Positions 25,535 through 39,400 of a DNA stretch of 64,000 nucleotides are shown in pieces. Both the position numbers and the translations under genes were made by a program. The notes beneath the pieces are model-generated. The model did no database searches. It was not told where the DNA came from and saw only the letters and a program-made list of their open reading frames with translations. The DNA is taken from positions 1,984,001 to 2,048,000 of the forward strand of contig JBLDXI010000004.1 in NCBI GenBank assembly GCA_047495785.1. Reading direction: 5' to 3'. How positions within the stretch are numbered: position 1 is the stretch's first letter; each line of letters opens with the position of its first letter. The DNA is from Lepidodermella squamata (lineage: Eukaryota > Animalia > Gastrotricha).

Positions 25535-28500
25535 AGGCAAAGATTTTTTCGAGAGCGAGAGATAAGTTAGAAGAAGAAAATAATGCATTATCGAAGGAAA
25601 ATTTAATATATAATTTACAATCATCAGCAAATAGTTTGACTTTGACTCCAGCAGGAAGAATAGGCACTAAATCGTTAATGTAAATTAGAAAGAGTAATGG
25701 GCCCAGGACAGAACCTTGGGGGACGCCACTTGTGACAGGCGTAGTAGAGCTAGACGAATTATTTACAACAACATATTGCGTGCGGTTGGAAAGATAGGCG
25801 GCAATCCAATTTAAAATTTCACCATCAAGACCAATAAGAGACAATTTTTTAAGAAGCTTTAAGTGACATATAGAATCAAAGGCCTTAGCAAAATCGATAT
25901 ACACGATGTCAACAAATTCACCGCATTCAATAGCAAAGCACCAATCAAGGGAACACTCGAGCATCTGAGAGGCAGTGGACTTGCGAGATAAAAAGCCATG
26001 CTGCTCGGGAGTAATAAATGAATTTTCGAGTAGGAAATCAAGAATAGCCGATTTAATTATTGATTCTAGGATTCTGCAGGCGGCTGAAGTCAAGGAAATG
26101 GGTCGATAATCAACAGGCTTTTTAGAATTAATTTTCTTTGGAATCGGTTTGACAGACGCGATTTGCCAAATTTTCGGGAGGTGAGACTGAGAAAAGGAAG
26201 ATCGAAATATATGAGCGAGAGGCTTGTACAGTGAGTGGGCGAGTTTTTTTAAGAATATGGTAGGCAGACCGTCAGGACAAATAGCGTAGGAATCAGACAG
26301 GTTTAGAATCGTCTTAAGAACTAGGTCATCGCTGATGTTAATAGAAGAAAGATTCAGAGTAGGTTTAGAGACATTTTCAACTGTAGAAGGTAATATTTTG
26401 TTGTCAACGGTAAAAACGGAGGTGAATTGAGCGTTTAACGCCTCGGCCTTATCTACATCCGAGGTGCAAATATTGTTTAGAGAATCTACAAGAGCAGGAA
26501 TATAAGGACGAGAATTAAGACGATTATTTGCATAATTGCATAACAGACGAATATTGTTAGCAGCGATCAGGGTGGCCACACTTTTATTATTAAAGTCTTT
26601 CACGGTTTTTTCATATTTTACAGATATTTTTTTATATTTAGTTAAGAGAATAGAATGATCAAAGGAATTTTTTTGAGCTTGGAGAACGAATAATGCGATT
26701 AGGCACGTGCACTTGTACGAGTGAATCAAGAAGGCTTAACAATTTATTATACATTAGATCGACGTCATTGCGATGCCCGAGAAAAAAGTGACCCAGTCAA
26801 CATTGTTAAGGTCGCGAGATATGGCATCATAGTTGGTTTTTCTGAAATTTTTATTGAAATTATTGAAATTATTTTCTGTTAAGACTGGATGTTCAAGTTT
26901 AATTTTGAACGTGACGGCATCATGATTTGAGAAGATAAACGGACAATTTACATCGACGTCATGAATAAGAGATACGTTGTTAGTGAGAAGAAGGTCAAGT
27001 ATGCTATTGGACAAAGGGAAAGTTGGTTTTGAAACTAATTGGCTGAGAGAATTTTTCTGGCAAAAATTCAGAAACGTTGACTCTAATGTTTTATCACTGA
27101 AATTGTTTGAATCCGGATGAAGCCAGTCAATGCGAGGAAAATTAAAATCACCGAGAAAGATAATAGGAGAAGTTGTAGTTTCACACAAATAATTCATACA
27201 TTTGGTTAATTCAGACAGATAACGCACATCATTATAAGGTGGCGATATACACAGGCAATAGTTATCGACAGATTATTTGAACAAATTAAGTTTATGGCGA
27301 CAATTTCAGAGTCGTTATTTAAATTATCAATTTTGTAAAATTGGAGATTATTTTTAATAAGAATACACACGCCACCGGCCCTTGAAGGCCGATCGCGACG
27401 AGCCGCAACGCGATAACACCCCACTTCTAACATAGCATCGGTGATGCCAGCGTGCAGCCATGTCTCACAAAGGCAAATAACGTCATATTTACAAGAAAGC
27501 AAAAAATCAGTTAACGCAAATTATGTTTTTTAACACTCCTACAATTCAGACTATAGACAGAGATGGCAAACAGAATAAAAGAAAGTGCACTCGATTGTTT
27601 TTGGTCCAAAGGAAGTCCTGCTGAAACCTAAGCGCCGGTCTTGCCGCGCCGATCGGTTGAGACGTTGTCCGTGCCAAGGTCGATCGGGACGAAAGCATCA
27701 GCCACGTGATCGTAGGCGAAAGTGCCAGACCCCACAGTCTCGAGCCGAAGCCCGTTAAGCCGGATTTTAAATTCTAGCTCCTTCCTGACAACCTGGTCAG
27801 CCGAGGCGCCTTTGACGACGATCTTGACTAGTTTTGGAGCTTGGCGAGACATGCGGAAAGCCTCGAACTCGACACCAGCCAGGTCAGGGACCTTTTTCTC
27901 CACCAGCTGGGCGAGAGTAGCGGCCGTTTCGCTTGCCTCCGGCTCGACATTATGAAGCACCACAGTATGCCGTAGACGATGTTCTTCGCCTTCGTTGAGT
28001 CGCAGCTCAAGCTTGAAGATTCGATCACCCTGCTCTTTTATCGTTGCAGCCTGTTTGGTATTTTGTTTTTCCAGTTCGGCGAGACGAGTGAGGAGTTGTT
28101 CGAGCCTTTCAAGCAATGGCTTGTTCGAGGCTTCATGAATTTTTTTAATTTCTCCCAGGTCTTGCTGTGAGAGTGTCATTAAGCACGCGACCAAGGTTAA
28201 AAATTGATAAAAAATTGATGTTGTGTTTAGAATGAAAAAGTTAAAAAAATGGCTTTCGGGCTTTCAAATAAAAAGCCTTAGTTTTCTCTTTCGGGCGTGT
28301 TTTTGCTAAATCGACATCTTTTTATACATGAGCTGAATCATGAGCTGAATCGAGCCTTCTGCACTTTCCCCCCCGCCCAGGTCATATTACCTTGATGAAC
28401 GCACGCAAACTTCCGGCTGTTTGGCAAACTAAATTTTCTCACATCTGTCTCGGCGATTGCAGTTGCAAGAAATTCAAAGTCTGAGCCAATGCCGTACAAC

Positions 28501-28735
28501 AATTCAGCGATGGCTAATGGCTAGTGGAATGCCAGGCGGCGGCTGCGTGGAGGCGTACATCGAAGACGGGGGCTTCGCCACGGTTAGGCAGTACTCCACG
28601 ATTTGAGCGCCAAATCAGTCGCAGATCGGTTAAACTATATAGTGGCTTGTTCCGAAATTTGGTGTATTGGAACTGCGATCTTCCCGTTCCATAGTTTAGT
28701 AAACCTGATCATCAGCTACTTTTGTCTCTCTGTTC

Positions 28736-28889
28736 CAGTGTGCGAAGTAGGATCCGGGAACTGAGGTGCTTTCTAGCCCCCAGCCAAAGAAACTAAAGGC
28801 TCCCCTCTGCGGCTTTTTAGCCTTCTCCTAGTTGGAGTCTCGGAGTTGGGGTGTCGCGACACCCCAGCACCCCTTTACTTCGCACCCTG
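28736..28889. mobile_element. hAT-type MITE (154 bp)
   Basis: TIR cagtgtgcgaagta / tacttcgcaccctg; 8-bp TSD ctctgttc on both sides. Confidence 0.88.
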
Positions 28890-29569
28890 CTCTGTTCTCT
28901 CTGTGCTCTCTGCAGCTGGCGTTAGCCCACGGTACGCCACTGCGAATTTAGGCTGATACGCGTGTGCCGCCCTCGAAATGGTTGTCTCTTCGATTGTCAA
29001 GTCATTGAATCATTCCCGATGATTATAGCATTTTTAATTCTCGGATTTATAGAGACCTAATATCCTTGACTAGAATCGAAGAGAACCCGGGCAGCAAGGA
29101 AAAAGTTACATATTACACGTTTGCCTACAAAAACCGCAAAATATTATAAGTATCGAGAAACGCCAAGCCAATGGTCGTTGTCGACGCTGTGACTACATAG
29201 TTAAGATGAACGGCAATTTTCTATTTGTTATCGAATCTATTTTCGCGTATCGTAGCCTGCTATTTTTCGGAGGCCGAACATATGCCACTATTGTCGGCCA
29301 CCACAATGCCTTGATAACGTCCAACGTCTCGGCTCAATATTCCGTTTTTGAGGCTGCTAAATTTCCGACGATTGAGAAGGGCGTAGTTGTTTGGACTAAC
29401 AAAAAGTATAGAGCGCAATTCACTTTTGTGATTTTAAATTACGGCACTACTATTCAATCCTCTCTTTAATTTATCGTGCTATAGTTGTATGTTGTATACT
29501 ATTTTTGCGAATAAAAATGCTATTTTCTGATCAGGATTGAATGAATCCTGATTTTTGTAAGGTTACTAG

Positions 29570-31005
29570 CAGGGCTGCAAAATCTGTTTTCCTGCCCACG
29601 AGCGTGATTTCTAGTGGTCAACCTGCCCACACGACCCTGCTTTTTCCACCATTCTGTTTATCACTAGGATTTGTCAGTTTGTGGACGAATAAGTCATTCA
29701 TCCGGCAATTATTGATTTAGAGCCACAAAACTTGGTGACATGCTAAGGGGCCCGATTCGCGAGCGGGCAATACGGCCGCGCAGCGAAATTTTTTAGGAAA
29801 TTCGGAAACATTTTGTGTTATTTGGGTGGGGAAAATGGGTCTAAAACTGCATTGAATGATAATAAATTTGTTAGAGAATGTGACATTTCACTCATAAATT
29901 TCCATCTATTGTTGAGGGGGAAATTTGAAATGTTTACAATTTTGTTGATTTTTTCGAAAAAATCAAGTTTTTGACGGTAGGGAATTTCAAAAAATAAATT
30001 AGATATTCGGATTCAGCGCGAAAAGTTAGGCTAGAGCGCAAATATGCGCGAGATTATCATTAAAATTGGGAGAGAAATGAGATGGAATAAACCGCGAGTG
30101 AGTGTGTGCGTGGGCGCGCGCACGCACTGCAAAAATCGCGCTCACTAGCAAATGCGTGGACGTTTTGTATGATGTTTCTGCCCGCAAAATGCGCGCAGTC
30201 GAGAGCGCGCTCGCGCGCACACACACACACACACACGCGCGCTCCGATATGATTAAACTTTTTCGTGTCAAATCTTCCTCAATTTTGACAACAGCCATGC
30301 GCAAACTTGCATTCTAGCCTAACTTTTTGCGCTGAATCCGAATATCTAATTTATTTTTTGAAATTCCGCACCGTTGAAAACTTGGGTATTACTTGGGCAG
30401 TCGTATTTTATTTCAAATAATTTATTAACTAATTTTGAATAAAACAATGTGGGCAGCATCAGTTAGTGGGCAGCGCTGAAATAGTTTGATGGTGCGCGGG
30501 AAGTTTCGCTTGTTACACAGTACTGCTTTGAAACAAGCAAATTTTGTAGTTGATTTATTTAATAATTTTGATTAAAATGTTAGTGATTAAAATTATGTTA
30601 GCTTTTTCATCCCAAAAATTGCCCACGACCTGCCCATGAAATAATTGTAATGAAGTGTTCTGATTTTCTTTTTTCCACGATATGGGCATATTCTTTTATA
30701 ATCACAAAAATTGCCCACGATCTGCCCGCAATATATTGGTCAAGTAATCGTCGTAAATGTAATAAAATGCCCACTCGGGAACCTGAATAAACTCGGTAAA
30801 TGAAGCTGAACATGTGAAAAATGCAGTAATTCAAGCTTTTGAATCAGCAAATTTTTTTTGACATATGAAATTTTCCGGAAACGTGAAGATAACACAGTTC
30901 CAGAGAATACAGTAGTTTTTCCGACCTGCCCACAAAAACAGGGTTCAGCCCCTTCGACCTGCCCACGAGCAATGCTCGCATGCTCGGACACTTTTTGCAG
31001 CCCTG
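29570..31005. mobile_element. Non-autonomous hAT element with nested palindromic MITE
   Basis: TIR cagggctgcaaaaa / tttttgcagccctg; 8-bp TSD gttactag; repeated tgcccac subterminal motifs. Nested inverted-repeat element at ~29964-30384 belongs to the same family as ~24827-25252. Confidence 0.9.
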
Positions 31006-31123
31006 GTTACTAGTTTTTTGTTGAATGACGGAGTGACAAACTGACGAAATGACGAAGCAACGAAGAAACCATCACCGCCTCAAAAGCTAGCTATTTTTTC
31101 ATGTCACGTGGGCACGCGCACTT

Positions 31124-32086
31124 GGTAAAGTGTCAGTTCATATTGGGCATTTCATATCGTGATCATTTCATACTTTTGCAGTGGTATTTCATACTGATTT
31201 TCCGTGGTTATTTCAATACATTTTTCTGATATTTTCGTGACTATTTCAATACATAAACATATAAATAGAAATCGTGAACATTTCATATTTATTCCAAGTC
31301 ATTTCATATCGTGACTTTTTCATACGCATCTAATAATATCGAATCACGTAAGTATTCGAATTACTCCTTCCCGCTAGTCATCCAAAGCATCACCCTCGTC
31401 GTCGCTATCACCCGTTGGATCGACGAAAGTTCAGCTGAGCTACACAGTAAAAAAACTCGGTTTTCACCCAGTTGGAAAAACGGAATTTACCTTGCAGCGT
31501 TATCGGAACCCGGTAAAAACCAGATGATAACCGAGTTTTGCTACTTTTCGCAATTACCGACCTAGTACAACCCAGTAAGAACCATGCATCTACAAAATAA
31601 CGGTTATGAACCTGATTTGTACCGACTTTGCCGCATTTGTAAAGAAATTATTTCTAAGTCCCTATTCCCATTGGATCGCATGATGAATTGTACTTCCCCT
31701 CAAATATTAGGTAGGGTATGCAGTGGGCAACTTCATACAGCTGGCAAACAGTTGGCAAACGCTAATTTGAAAAAAATGGGAAACTCATGAATTTTCATAC
31801 CGTGTGCTCAGCGGCGCATTCTTTGCCACACACATCGCATGCAATAGAAAGGGGAGTAACAAACATCTCCCGCTTTTTCGATATGAAATGATCACCATTT
31901 CTCGCACTAATAGTACCATCAATTGTTCCGTATGAAATGATCACCATTTCAACTTATATTTATGAAAAGTCACTTGTATAGATTGACACTGTATGAAATG
32001 GTCACGATTTGAAATAAAACTGTATGGAATGCTACTTGTATGGACTGATCACGTATGAAACGCCGAATATGAACTGACACCGAATC
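31124..32086. mobile_element. Non-autonomous TIR element (MULE-type)
   Basis: Inverted gtgtcagttcatatt / aatatgaactgacac near the ends; arrays of tttcata / tatgaaa; 8-9 bp TSD (c)gcgcactt. Confidence 0.8.
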
Positions 32087-32448
32087 GCGCACTTTGATCC
32101 TGCAAAACCGAAGTATAATGAAAAAAACCGGTTTTTTCACCGGTTTAAACCGGTTTATACCGGTGGGTGGTTTTTTCAACAAAAAAACCGGTCGGTATTA
32201 TACCCTGTCAGAAACTGAACTCGTTTCATGTACGCGAGAATAAGCTTTTGGTTTTGTTTAGACAGAAAAACTTTCTGGTCTGGTCTTGTAAAACTTGGTT
32301 TAGATTTAAACCGCTTCAAGAATACCACCCAATGTACTCTTGCATGCAATTGGATCTAGGATTCGTATTCGGCAATCAGAGCGGCGCGGGATAATTTTAG
32401 TATTAAAGACTGACAACTGAGCAAACATAAGCCGATTTTCGTAATATA

Positions 32449-33662
32449 CCGTAACGCGCCCTAAATTTGGACACCCCAAATTTGGACACTTTGAGCTGTA
32501 GCCCCAAATATCAATGTGTGCATAACTGATAGAAATTTAAGAATTTCACTGAAAAATAGCTCCCTTCATGGGCTTTCCAACGGTACCAAATTTGCCAATA
32601 CTTTCATATACTATCGATTTGCGAAAAATCGCCGAAGCTCGATCACTCTCGAAGAAGTTTTGGGACCCCCCTTGCCAAATGCTCACCTGTGAACGGTTGG
32701 GGCTGAAAATTGTTTAGCATATAGGGATTTACCTAAACTAAATCCTGTAAAAAAATCTCGGCAGATGGACGAGATAATTTTGATACAGGTGACTTTGAAT
32801 TTAGCCTCTAAATTTGGACACTTTTAATGATATTTTTATCTCTATGCATATGCAAATGAAATGCTTTTTATCAGTTTTTGAACAGAATGGCAACGCATTG
32901 ATGGAACCTTGGAATTAGCTTAATGACTCTTGGCCTAGGCTCTGCTTTCATCATTTTGGCTGGAGAGCATAGAGAATAATAGTGAATCCGAAAACAAATC
33001 CGACGGCGCCCAATCTTTAATTAGAAAGATGAACAGCAGGTACCATGGGACAAATGACAGTTCACTTTCGGTAAAGATCAATGGTTCAGCGATAAAGAAA
33101 CTCCATTCAAACCTCAACCCGTGGTTCAACCTCAAACTGATATCCCTGCGTCTACTTTCATAAGTCCTAAGGCTAAATTGTCAAGGCTAAGGCTAAGTCC
33201 TTCAGAGACATTTTAACCTGATTTATCATGCTTTGAGAAAAGCCATGGTCCTTTTAACGGTATTAAGAGCCTGGTGTATGGTTGGTATAGCGTACATCTG
33301 CATTAAATCCATATCAAATCTGACGATGAGTGAATCCTATCGGTAGCATTATTTTAGTTTCAAGTCGCTACTAAATCGCCTTTAAAAACACAAAAAAATT
33401 GCGCAACAAGGAATACAATTTGTGTAAGGTCTAATTAGCATACGCAAATGAGGTGTCCAAATTTGGGAACGAGTGTCCAAATTTAGAGGTTTCTTTACCT
33501 ATTTTTTAAAAATCAAGGTGAGCTCCTAAATTCTCCAAAATTTGCCTGCCGATCCAAATTCCTCGGGCGGAGGTTTGGCTATTTTTTTCTATTTTTTTAG
33601 ACGAAAACCGAATTTTTTAAAATTAAAAAAGGTGTTTTGTCCAAAGTTAGGACCCGTTACGG
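32449..33662. mobile_element. Tc1/mariner (pogo-like) non-autonomous element
   Basis: TA|ccgtaacgcgccctaaatttggaca ... tgtccaaagttaggacccgttacgg|TA, with repeated aaatttggacac motifs. Confidence 0.85.
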
Positions 33663-33961
33663 TAGTTCTTTTGAAATTGCCATTTTCAAAATTCGGTCAA
33701 AATTGACCAACATTGGTGCCAGGAATTATTTTATTGATTCTGACAGCCAGCAAAATTCTTTTCCCGATCAACTATTTTACGAAAATTTAGAAGACTAACC
33801 ACTTGGTGAAATCGGCCTTTGAAATCGATACTTTTTCCAATGCAAGTATGCGAGAGCTCACTCGTTACAAGAGCGAGAAAAGTAAACAACCACGCTCAGT
33901 AATCCCTAACATCGGATGCAATATTACGCTTTGTGTAACCCGGTAAGAAGTCGACCGTGAC

Positions 33962-34957
33962 CATAGAGCTAGTTTTAAGATAGAGGTCCTACTCCTGACA
34001 AAGCCTGCAAACGCCATGGGCGCCAGATGTTGTGATGAATCAGCATCGATGGTTGGAAAAGTAAACAAATCGGGTGATTTTTCGATTCCAGATATCTCAT
34101 TCACGGAAATTTCCTTGATGGAAAGTTTGGTGGTACCTGATATTGCTTGAAATGCTGATCATCACTATTATTTTTTCAAAATTTTTGGAGCAATGTAAAG
34201 CAGTGAAATCAAGAAAACTTAATTTTTGATTTCAAATATATCACCATGAACTAATCAGTAAATCGAAATTGAAGCATATTTATAAAAGGGTGGGTAGTTC
34301 TAATCAAGCTCTACATTTTGATGCTTGGAGCGAGCTTGGACGATTTTTTCCTGATTTCCTATAATTTTATAAATTATTCTGCTTGGTTTTTTACATTATA
34401 AAGATCGAGACTCTCGCTGGATTCCGTCCAGAATCTTTGTTGACAGCACGTGCGCCACGTGCACACGTGGTGTGGCTGGATCGGCTGGATCGAGCTCAGA
34501 GCTGGAACGGAGTTCCAATATAGTGAAAAACCATTCATTCAAGCAATAAAAAATTCCAGAAAATCAGAAAAAATTCTTCCAAGCTCGCTCCAAGCATCAA
34601 AATGTAGAGCTTCATCAGAATTACCTCGTCCATTAAAAATACCCTTCAATTTCGCTGCCTTTATGGCAGTTGTCATGTTTTATTGATTGATCAATTTTCT
34701 TTTTATGCGATTTTCCCCATTTCAAAAATCATTAAAATATTTAAAAAATATTCAATGTGTTCGTCTTTGCAAGAGCTATCTCGAACCGCCGGAAGTGATT
34801 GATGTTGATTAATCGTTAGCGAATAATGAGCGATCGAAAAATCACCCGATTTGTTTACTTTTCCAACCATCGATGCTGATTCATCACAACATCTGGCGCC
34901 CATGGCGTTTGCAGGCTTTGTCAGGAGTAGGACCTCTATCTTAAAACTAGCTCTATG
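33962..34957. mobile_element. Palindromic MITE with ~125-bp TIRs
   Basis: catagagctagttttaagatagagg...tttttcgat (33962-34086) is mirrored at ~34833-34957; a second inner inverted pair lies at ~34307-34355 / 34555-34611. Confidence 0.85.
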
Positions 34958-35264
34958 CCGGCAACATAGCGCGGCTCCACTCGACTTACATATCTACGGT
35001 TCACCGACGTGTTAGCGCGATTCCTGTAGCCGACACAGTACTTAGCTGATGTTGCGCATGATGGTTCATCATCCGGAACCAACACGGCCTCGAAAAACAA
35101 CCCATCCTTGATAGTATATAAACCCTGTTAATAATGTTGTCAGATACACAAGTTAGGTAGGTGTTTATAGTATAATAAATCCTGTCAGTTGTTGGAATCC
35201 GCTGTCTCTTGCCTCGACCATTCGAACCCGTTACATTTGTGGGAACTGTAAGTTTCCGATGTTG

Positions 35265-36029
35265 TATTAGAGCACTGCTTCTAATTTTACAATGCAAATC
35301 GCACTATTTCTAATTTTGAGTTTTTCCACTTAGAACGCGTGCGTTTTTCTAATTAGCGAATTAGAACACGTGCGTTTGATTTTTATTATAGTGCGCGCAT
35401 TTTTCTCATTCATAAAACAGCAACGCATTTTTACGCACAGCAATAATTTTATTTCTACTGCACACACAAAAACGCTGTAAATAACCGAGGCGAAAGCCGA
35501 GGTTACAAAAGGCGAGCGCAGCGATGCCTCTAAATAAAACGAGGCGAAGCCGAGTCTAGTTGTGGAAGGCGAGTGAAGCGAGCCTGAATGAGACGGTGAA
35601 ACGAGTCGAAACAAGAGTGGAACGAGGCGCAACCGAGTGTAACGAGTGCGGAGACGAGTTTCAACGTTTTCCACTTGTCACTTTTCTGACGGCTGTTTAT
35701 TGAACGTAGTATCGCCAAGCAAGAAACTCATTCATAGCGCGGCGAGTGCAAAATTATTGCTCTCAATAAAACACTCACACGCACATAATTACGCACACAC
35801 CAGTGTTAGCAATAATGCGAGCTTTGCAAAACTAGCACGAATCTCGCATTGATAGTTGCAGCGATTTCAGTAAATTGGCATCGCTCTATAACGTGGTAGT
35901 GCTTACGCTGAGCTGGGAATGTTCGGCAAGGTACTAGTTGACGCACACTTGAAGCAGGAAATGTGATTAAAATGAGGTGTAAAAACTCGTACTTATTAGT
36001 CCCTGAAAATTAGAAGCCGTGCTCTAATA
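35265..36029. mobile_element. MITE with TIR tattagagcac(t/g)gcttctaatttt
   Basis: 24-bp inverted termini; internal cgaggcgaagccgag-type motifs. Confidence 0.75.
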
Positions 36030-36030
36030 A

Positions 36031-36212
36031 TATTAGATCACTCGTTTAGATCCTAATCTCGAAAACGCTCCCTCTCGTAAACTTCGACTCATGAAAAAAT
36101 CGCGCTCCACTCGGCTGCGCCTCGTTCCGCTTGCTCGTTTTTCACTCGTCTTCGTTTACTCGAAATTATTACGCGTTTTCTCGATTAGAATCTAAACTCG
36201 GTGCTCTAAAAT
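36031..36212. mobile_element. Short related MITE directly adjacent to 35265-36029
   Basis: ttagatcactcgtttagatcctaatc...gaaaacgc is mirrored by gcgttttc...gattagaatctaaactcggtgctctaa. Confidence 0.65.
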
Positions 36213-36451
36213 ATATTATAATTATTATTGTCTATGCTTTCGACATTGAAACCGCAGATTTCCTCGGTGCAGCGCGGTAGCAACAGCACGTATTCATAGG
36301 TGTCAGGGAAACATAATAAAAAACATGCTGCTGAATCGGCACAGACACTCAGAACTCAGAGTGAATATAAAAAGGAGCGATTTTTCTTTGCGCTTGTTTT
36401 GCAAACATTAGCGAATAGAAGAAATGAGTTATTTGAGTGATTCCGCTGGTT

Positions 36452-39400
36452 TCAACAAGACGACTTTGCTCGACTTGCTCCTCTCGACCTCAGCAAATCG
36501 GCCACACCGGTGCGGTCGTTGCAAATCGCATAATCAAGAGCCGTTTTGCCTTCTGCATTCGTGACATCCTTAATTACACCTCTATCAAGCAACAGTCGAG
36601 CTACTTCGACTTGCCCATTCACAGCCGCATTCATCAACGCCGTCTCGCCATTGTTTTCCTTGGCCTCGATGGCAGCGTTGCGATCCAGCAACAGTCGAGC
36701 TACTTCGACTTGCCCCCACCCAGCCGCAACCATCAACGCCGTGCTGCCACCGTTATTCTTGGCCTCGATGGCAGCGTTGCGATCCAGCAACAGTCGAGCT
36801 ACTTCGACTTGCCCCCGCGCAGCCGCAATCATCAACGCCGTCAGACCATCCTTATTATTGGCCTCGATGGCAGCGTTGCGATCTAGCAACAGTCCAGCTA
36901 CTTCGACTTGCCCTTTCTCAGCCGCATACATCAACGCCGTCAGACCATCCTTATCCTTGGCCTCGATGGCAGTGTTGCGATCCAGCAACAGTCGAGCTAC
37001 TTCGACTTGCCCTTTCTCAGCCGCCAACATCAACGCCGTCCTGTTATAGTAATTTTCCTTTAAATTCACATCGGCTCCACGATCGACAAACAGCTGAGCG
37101 ATCTGCAATCGCTGGTCGGATCGTGTCTGATTGCACGTAACACTGAGCAGCAGGGTGCTATTTTTCACAAAATACCAATTACCACAGTAAATCTCATTTG
37201 GGTTGCGCCAGTTCGGCTCGAATTTGCCGCCAGTGGATTCGTCAATCTCTGCAACGAGTTGCCGTACCTGCGCCACGTCGCCCGTCTTGGCTGTTGCATT
37301 CCACAACTGTTCGTACACTTCACGGACCTAAATTTAAAAAGACATTAGAAAAATGACGCAATAGAAAATAGATAAAAAAGACTGCGTAAATAATCCACTA
37401 CATATTTAGCATACTTATTAATCATTACTAGCATAACAGACGCCCTGGTATCTATCGAAAATCGAAAAACTCGGAAAGGCTATGCAGGCGACAACGCCAC
37501 ACGAGATGCGAACAATGGTCAGCGAGGCGAACGTTAAGCTTAGCACGCATGCTCCCGTTAAGTCCCGCTACTTCTCTCACTGATATGCATGTGCATATCC
37601 TTCCGCGCCAAACGAAATTTGTTAAATCGGTATTGCGGCATAAAAACTGCTTTTGATTGACCATCCATTTCATTGTTTTAAGCTAATAATCACCACTAAA
37701 GAAAAGGGAACAACACGGCGAAAGGCGGCTAATGTAGACAATTCAGCCAATTAAAGTAGTAAGACAATTGCTAAGTAAGGCACTTGGTTTCAATAAAATC
37801 TCGAGAAATCGATTGAGATACAGCATGAAAACTGAAAATTATAATGAGCTACTATTCACTCATCATTGGCTTGCATCAGATAGATCTCCTCAGCTTCAAT
37901 GAATTCATCGTGTTCTCCTACAACACATTCACATCTTTGGCAGAGCTTTGGATTTGATTTAATTTGATTTACCGCTTAAATCACGGGCCTCCTTCAATTA
38001 ATCAAGATCAATCGTTGTCCCACGCTGGTACGGGACTAAATCAATCAAATCAAATCATGAAATAGGGAACCTTAAGACCATTAAATTAAGACCTTGAGGC
38101 CATTAAATTCGTTTAGCGTTTGAATACCGTATTTTATTGAATAGTATCTTGGGTTATCATTTTTTCCGAACACGAAAAGTAGTTAAAATATCGGGCAATT
38201 ATTCGAGGAGGCTTTTGTTTAAGGCAAGCTATTATTTATTCTAAAACGTGAAATCACTTCAACCGACATTTTTAGTCATCAGCTTGAATATATTCCTCAT
38301 TGTCAAAGTAATTAAGCTTGAATCACTGTAGTTACCGTCCTCGTTTTCGCAGTTTCTCTTCTCTACGTCCCAATTCTTTCCTTGAGCTGATCACACGAGA
38401 CACTAGACCTATGTGGTATGTGGCTATTATTTACCTCTGGACCCAATATTGGATGCATTTTTGGGGCTATTTTTGTTTTCGGAGACAGCTTTTTGCAAAG
38501 CTTCGAGCGACTGCGAAGTGAATTTGACGGAACAGCCCAATTTGCACTTGCATTTTGTCAGCTGAGCTACGGTTTCGAATAACCAACCCTGTTTACTTCA
38601 AACTAATTCCTCTCTAACGTGCGTAACTCCCAATCTCAATCGTTTGGTCTCTTCAATGAACCAGCGGTTCTGTCGATTTGGACGTATAGGGATTACATTC
38701 CAGAAATCTTTTTGATCAGCTTTACGAAGTATTTCATCTTTCAACGTGTACTCGTTTTCGCGACTGAAAGCCCACTCTCCCTGCTACAACAATGTCGACT
38801 AATGGCTTGCAGTATTCGCCAGTCACATCGAAAATCGTCGAAAAACATGTAACATCTGCGGTGAGGCGCCTCGAAATCACATACTGCTGATCATAGAAAT
38901 TTACCATTTGCTAACTGTTCATAACAATTTGCAATTTGCAGTTGACCGGAATAGATGCTTCACGGGGTTAATCAAACCGGAGCTATTTCCCACAATCATT
39001 TCGGAAACTCGAATAAGCAAATGAAGCAAAGTGCGAAGAGAACATTTCGCAAACAGTGGCGCTTCGCTCTTAGCAGCAGTCTTCCGTTTGGCATAACCAA
39101 TCATCTTGATTTGTTGAAAATTACTGGAATGAAGCTGGAAGATCTCGTGTTCTTTTTACTCTGATTTCACATTCCACTATTGTAACACTATGTCGACTTA
39201 ACCTACGACTAGTTTAATTTAGTGGAAAACTTACAGGTCTTCGTTGACTCGAGACGCAGGAACCAGGCTGGGACCAGGTTGCGTTCAAGAGGCACGATAC
39301 GGCAGCATTTCCTCGGAGCTCGAAATTCTGGTTGCATGATATGGATCGAGTGGCTCCGACGCTCGTCAGACCAGGAGATACACCGCCATTTTGTATCGTA

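Larger units (their letters stand above)
14863..28300 (-). mobile_element. Near full-length CR1-like LINE, disrupted by two nested insertions
   Basis: ORF1-like coiled coil plus 'RHTVVLHNVEPEASET' (27628-28194); endonuclease (CLCETWL, GGVCILIK, GDFN, NHDAV; 27500-26754); RT (YRPISLTS, DFAKAFD, GVPQGSVLGP, FADD; 26729-25543); continuation DLGIVVD (24476-24254); C-terminal 'LDSLETRR...TRGH...NRVLPIWNSLP' (15464-15100); 3' AATAAA plus (TAA)n tail at ~14863-14888. Frameshifted. Confidence 0.92.

Noticed and set aside
36437-37049. Repetitive antisense ORFs over the ankyrin exons and GC-rich TM exons (also 9171-9702, 56887-57612, 46004-46461, 51569-52171)
   Set aside because: Shadow frames caused by 99-bp repeats and biased codon usage.
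36550-37050. CRISPR-like repeat-spacer array
   Set aside because: The periodicity is 99-bp coding ankyrin repeats in a eukaryotic gene; no cas genes are present.
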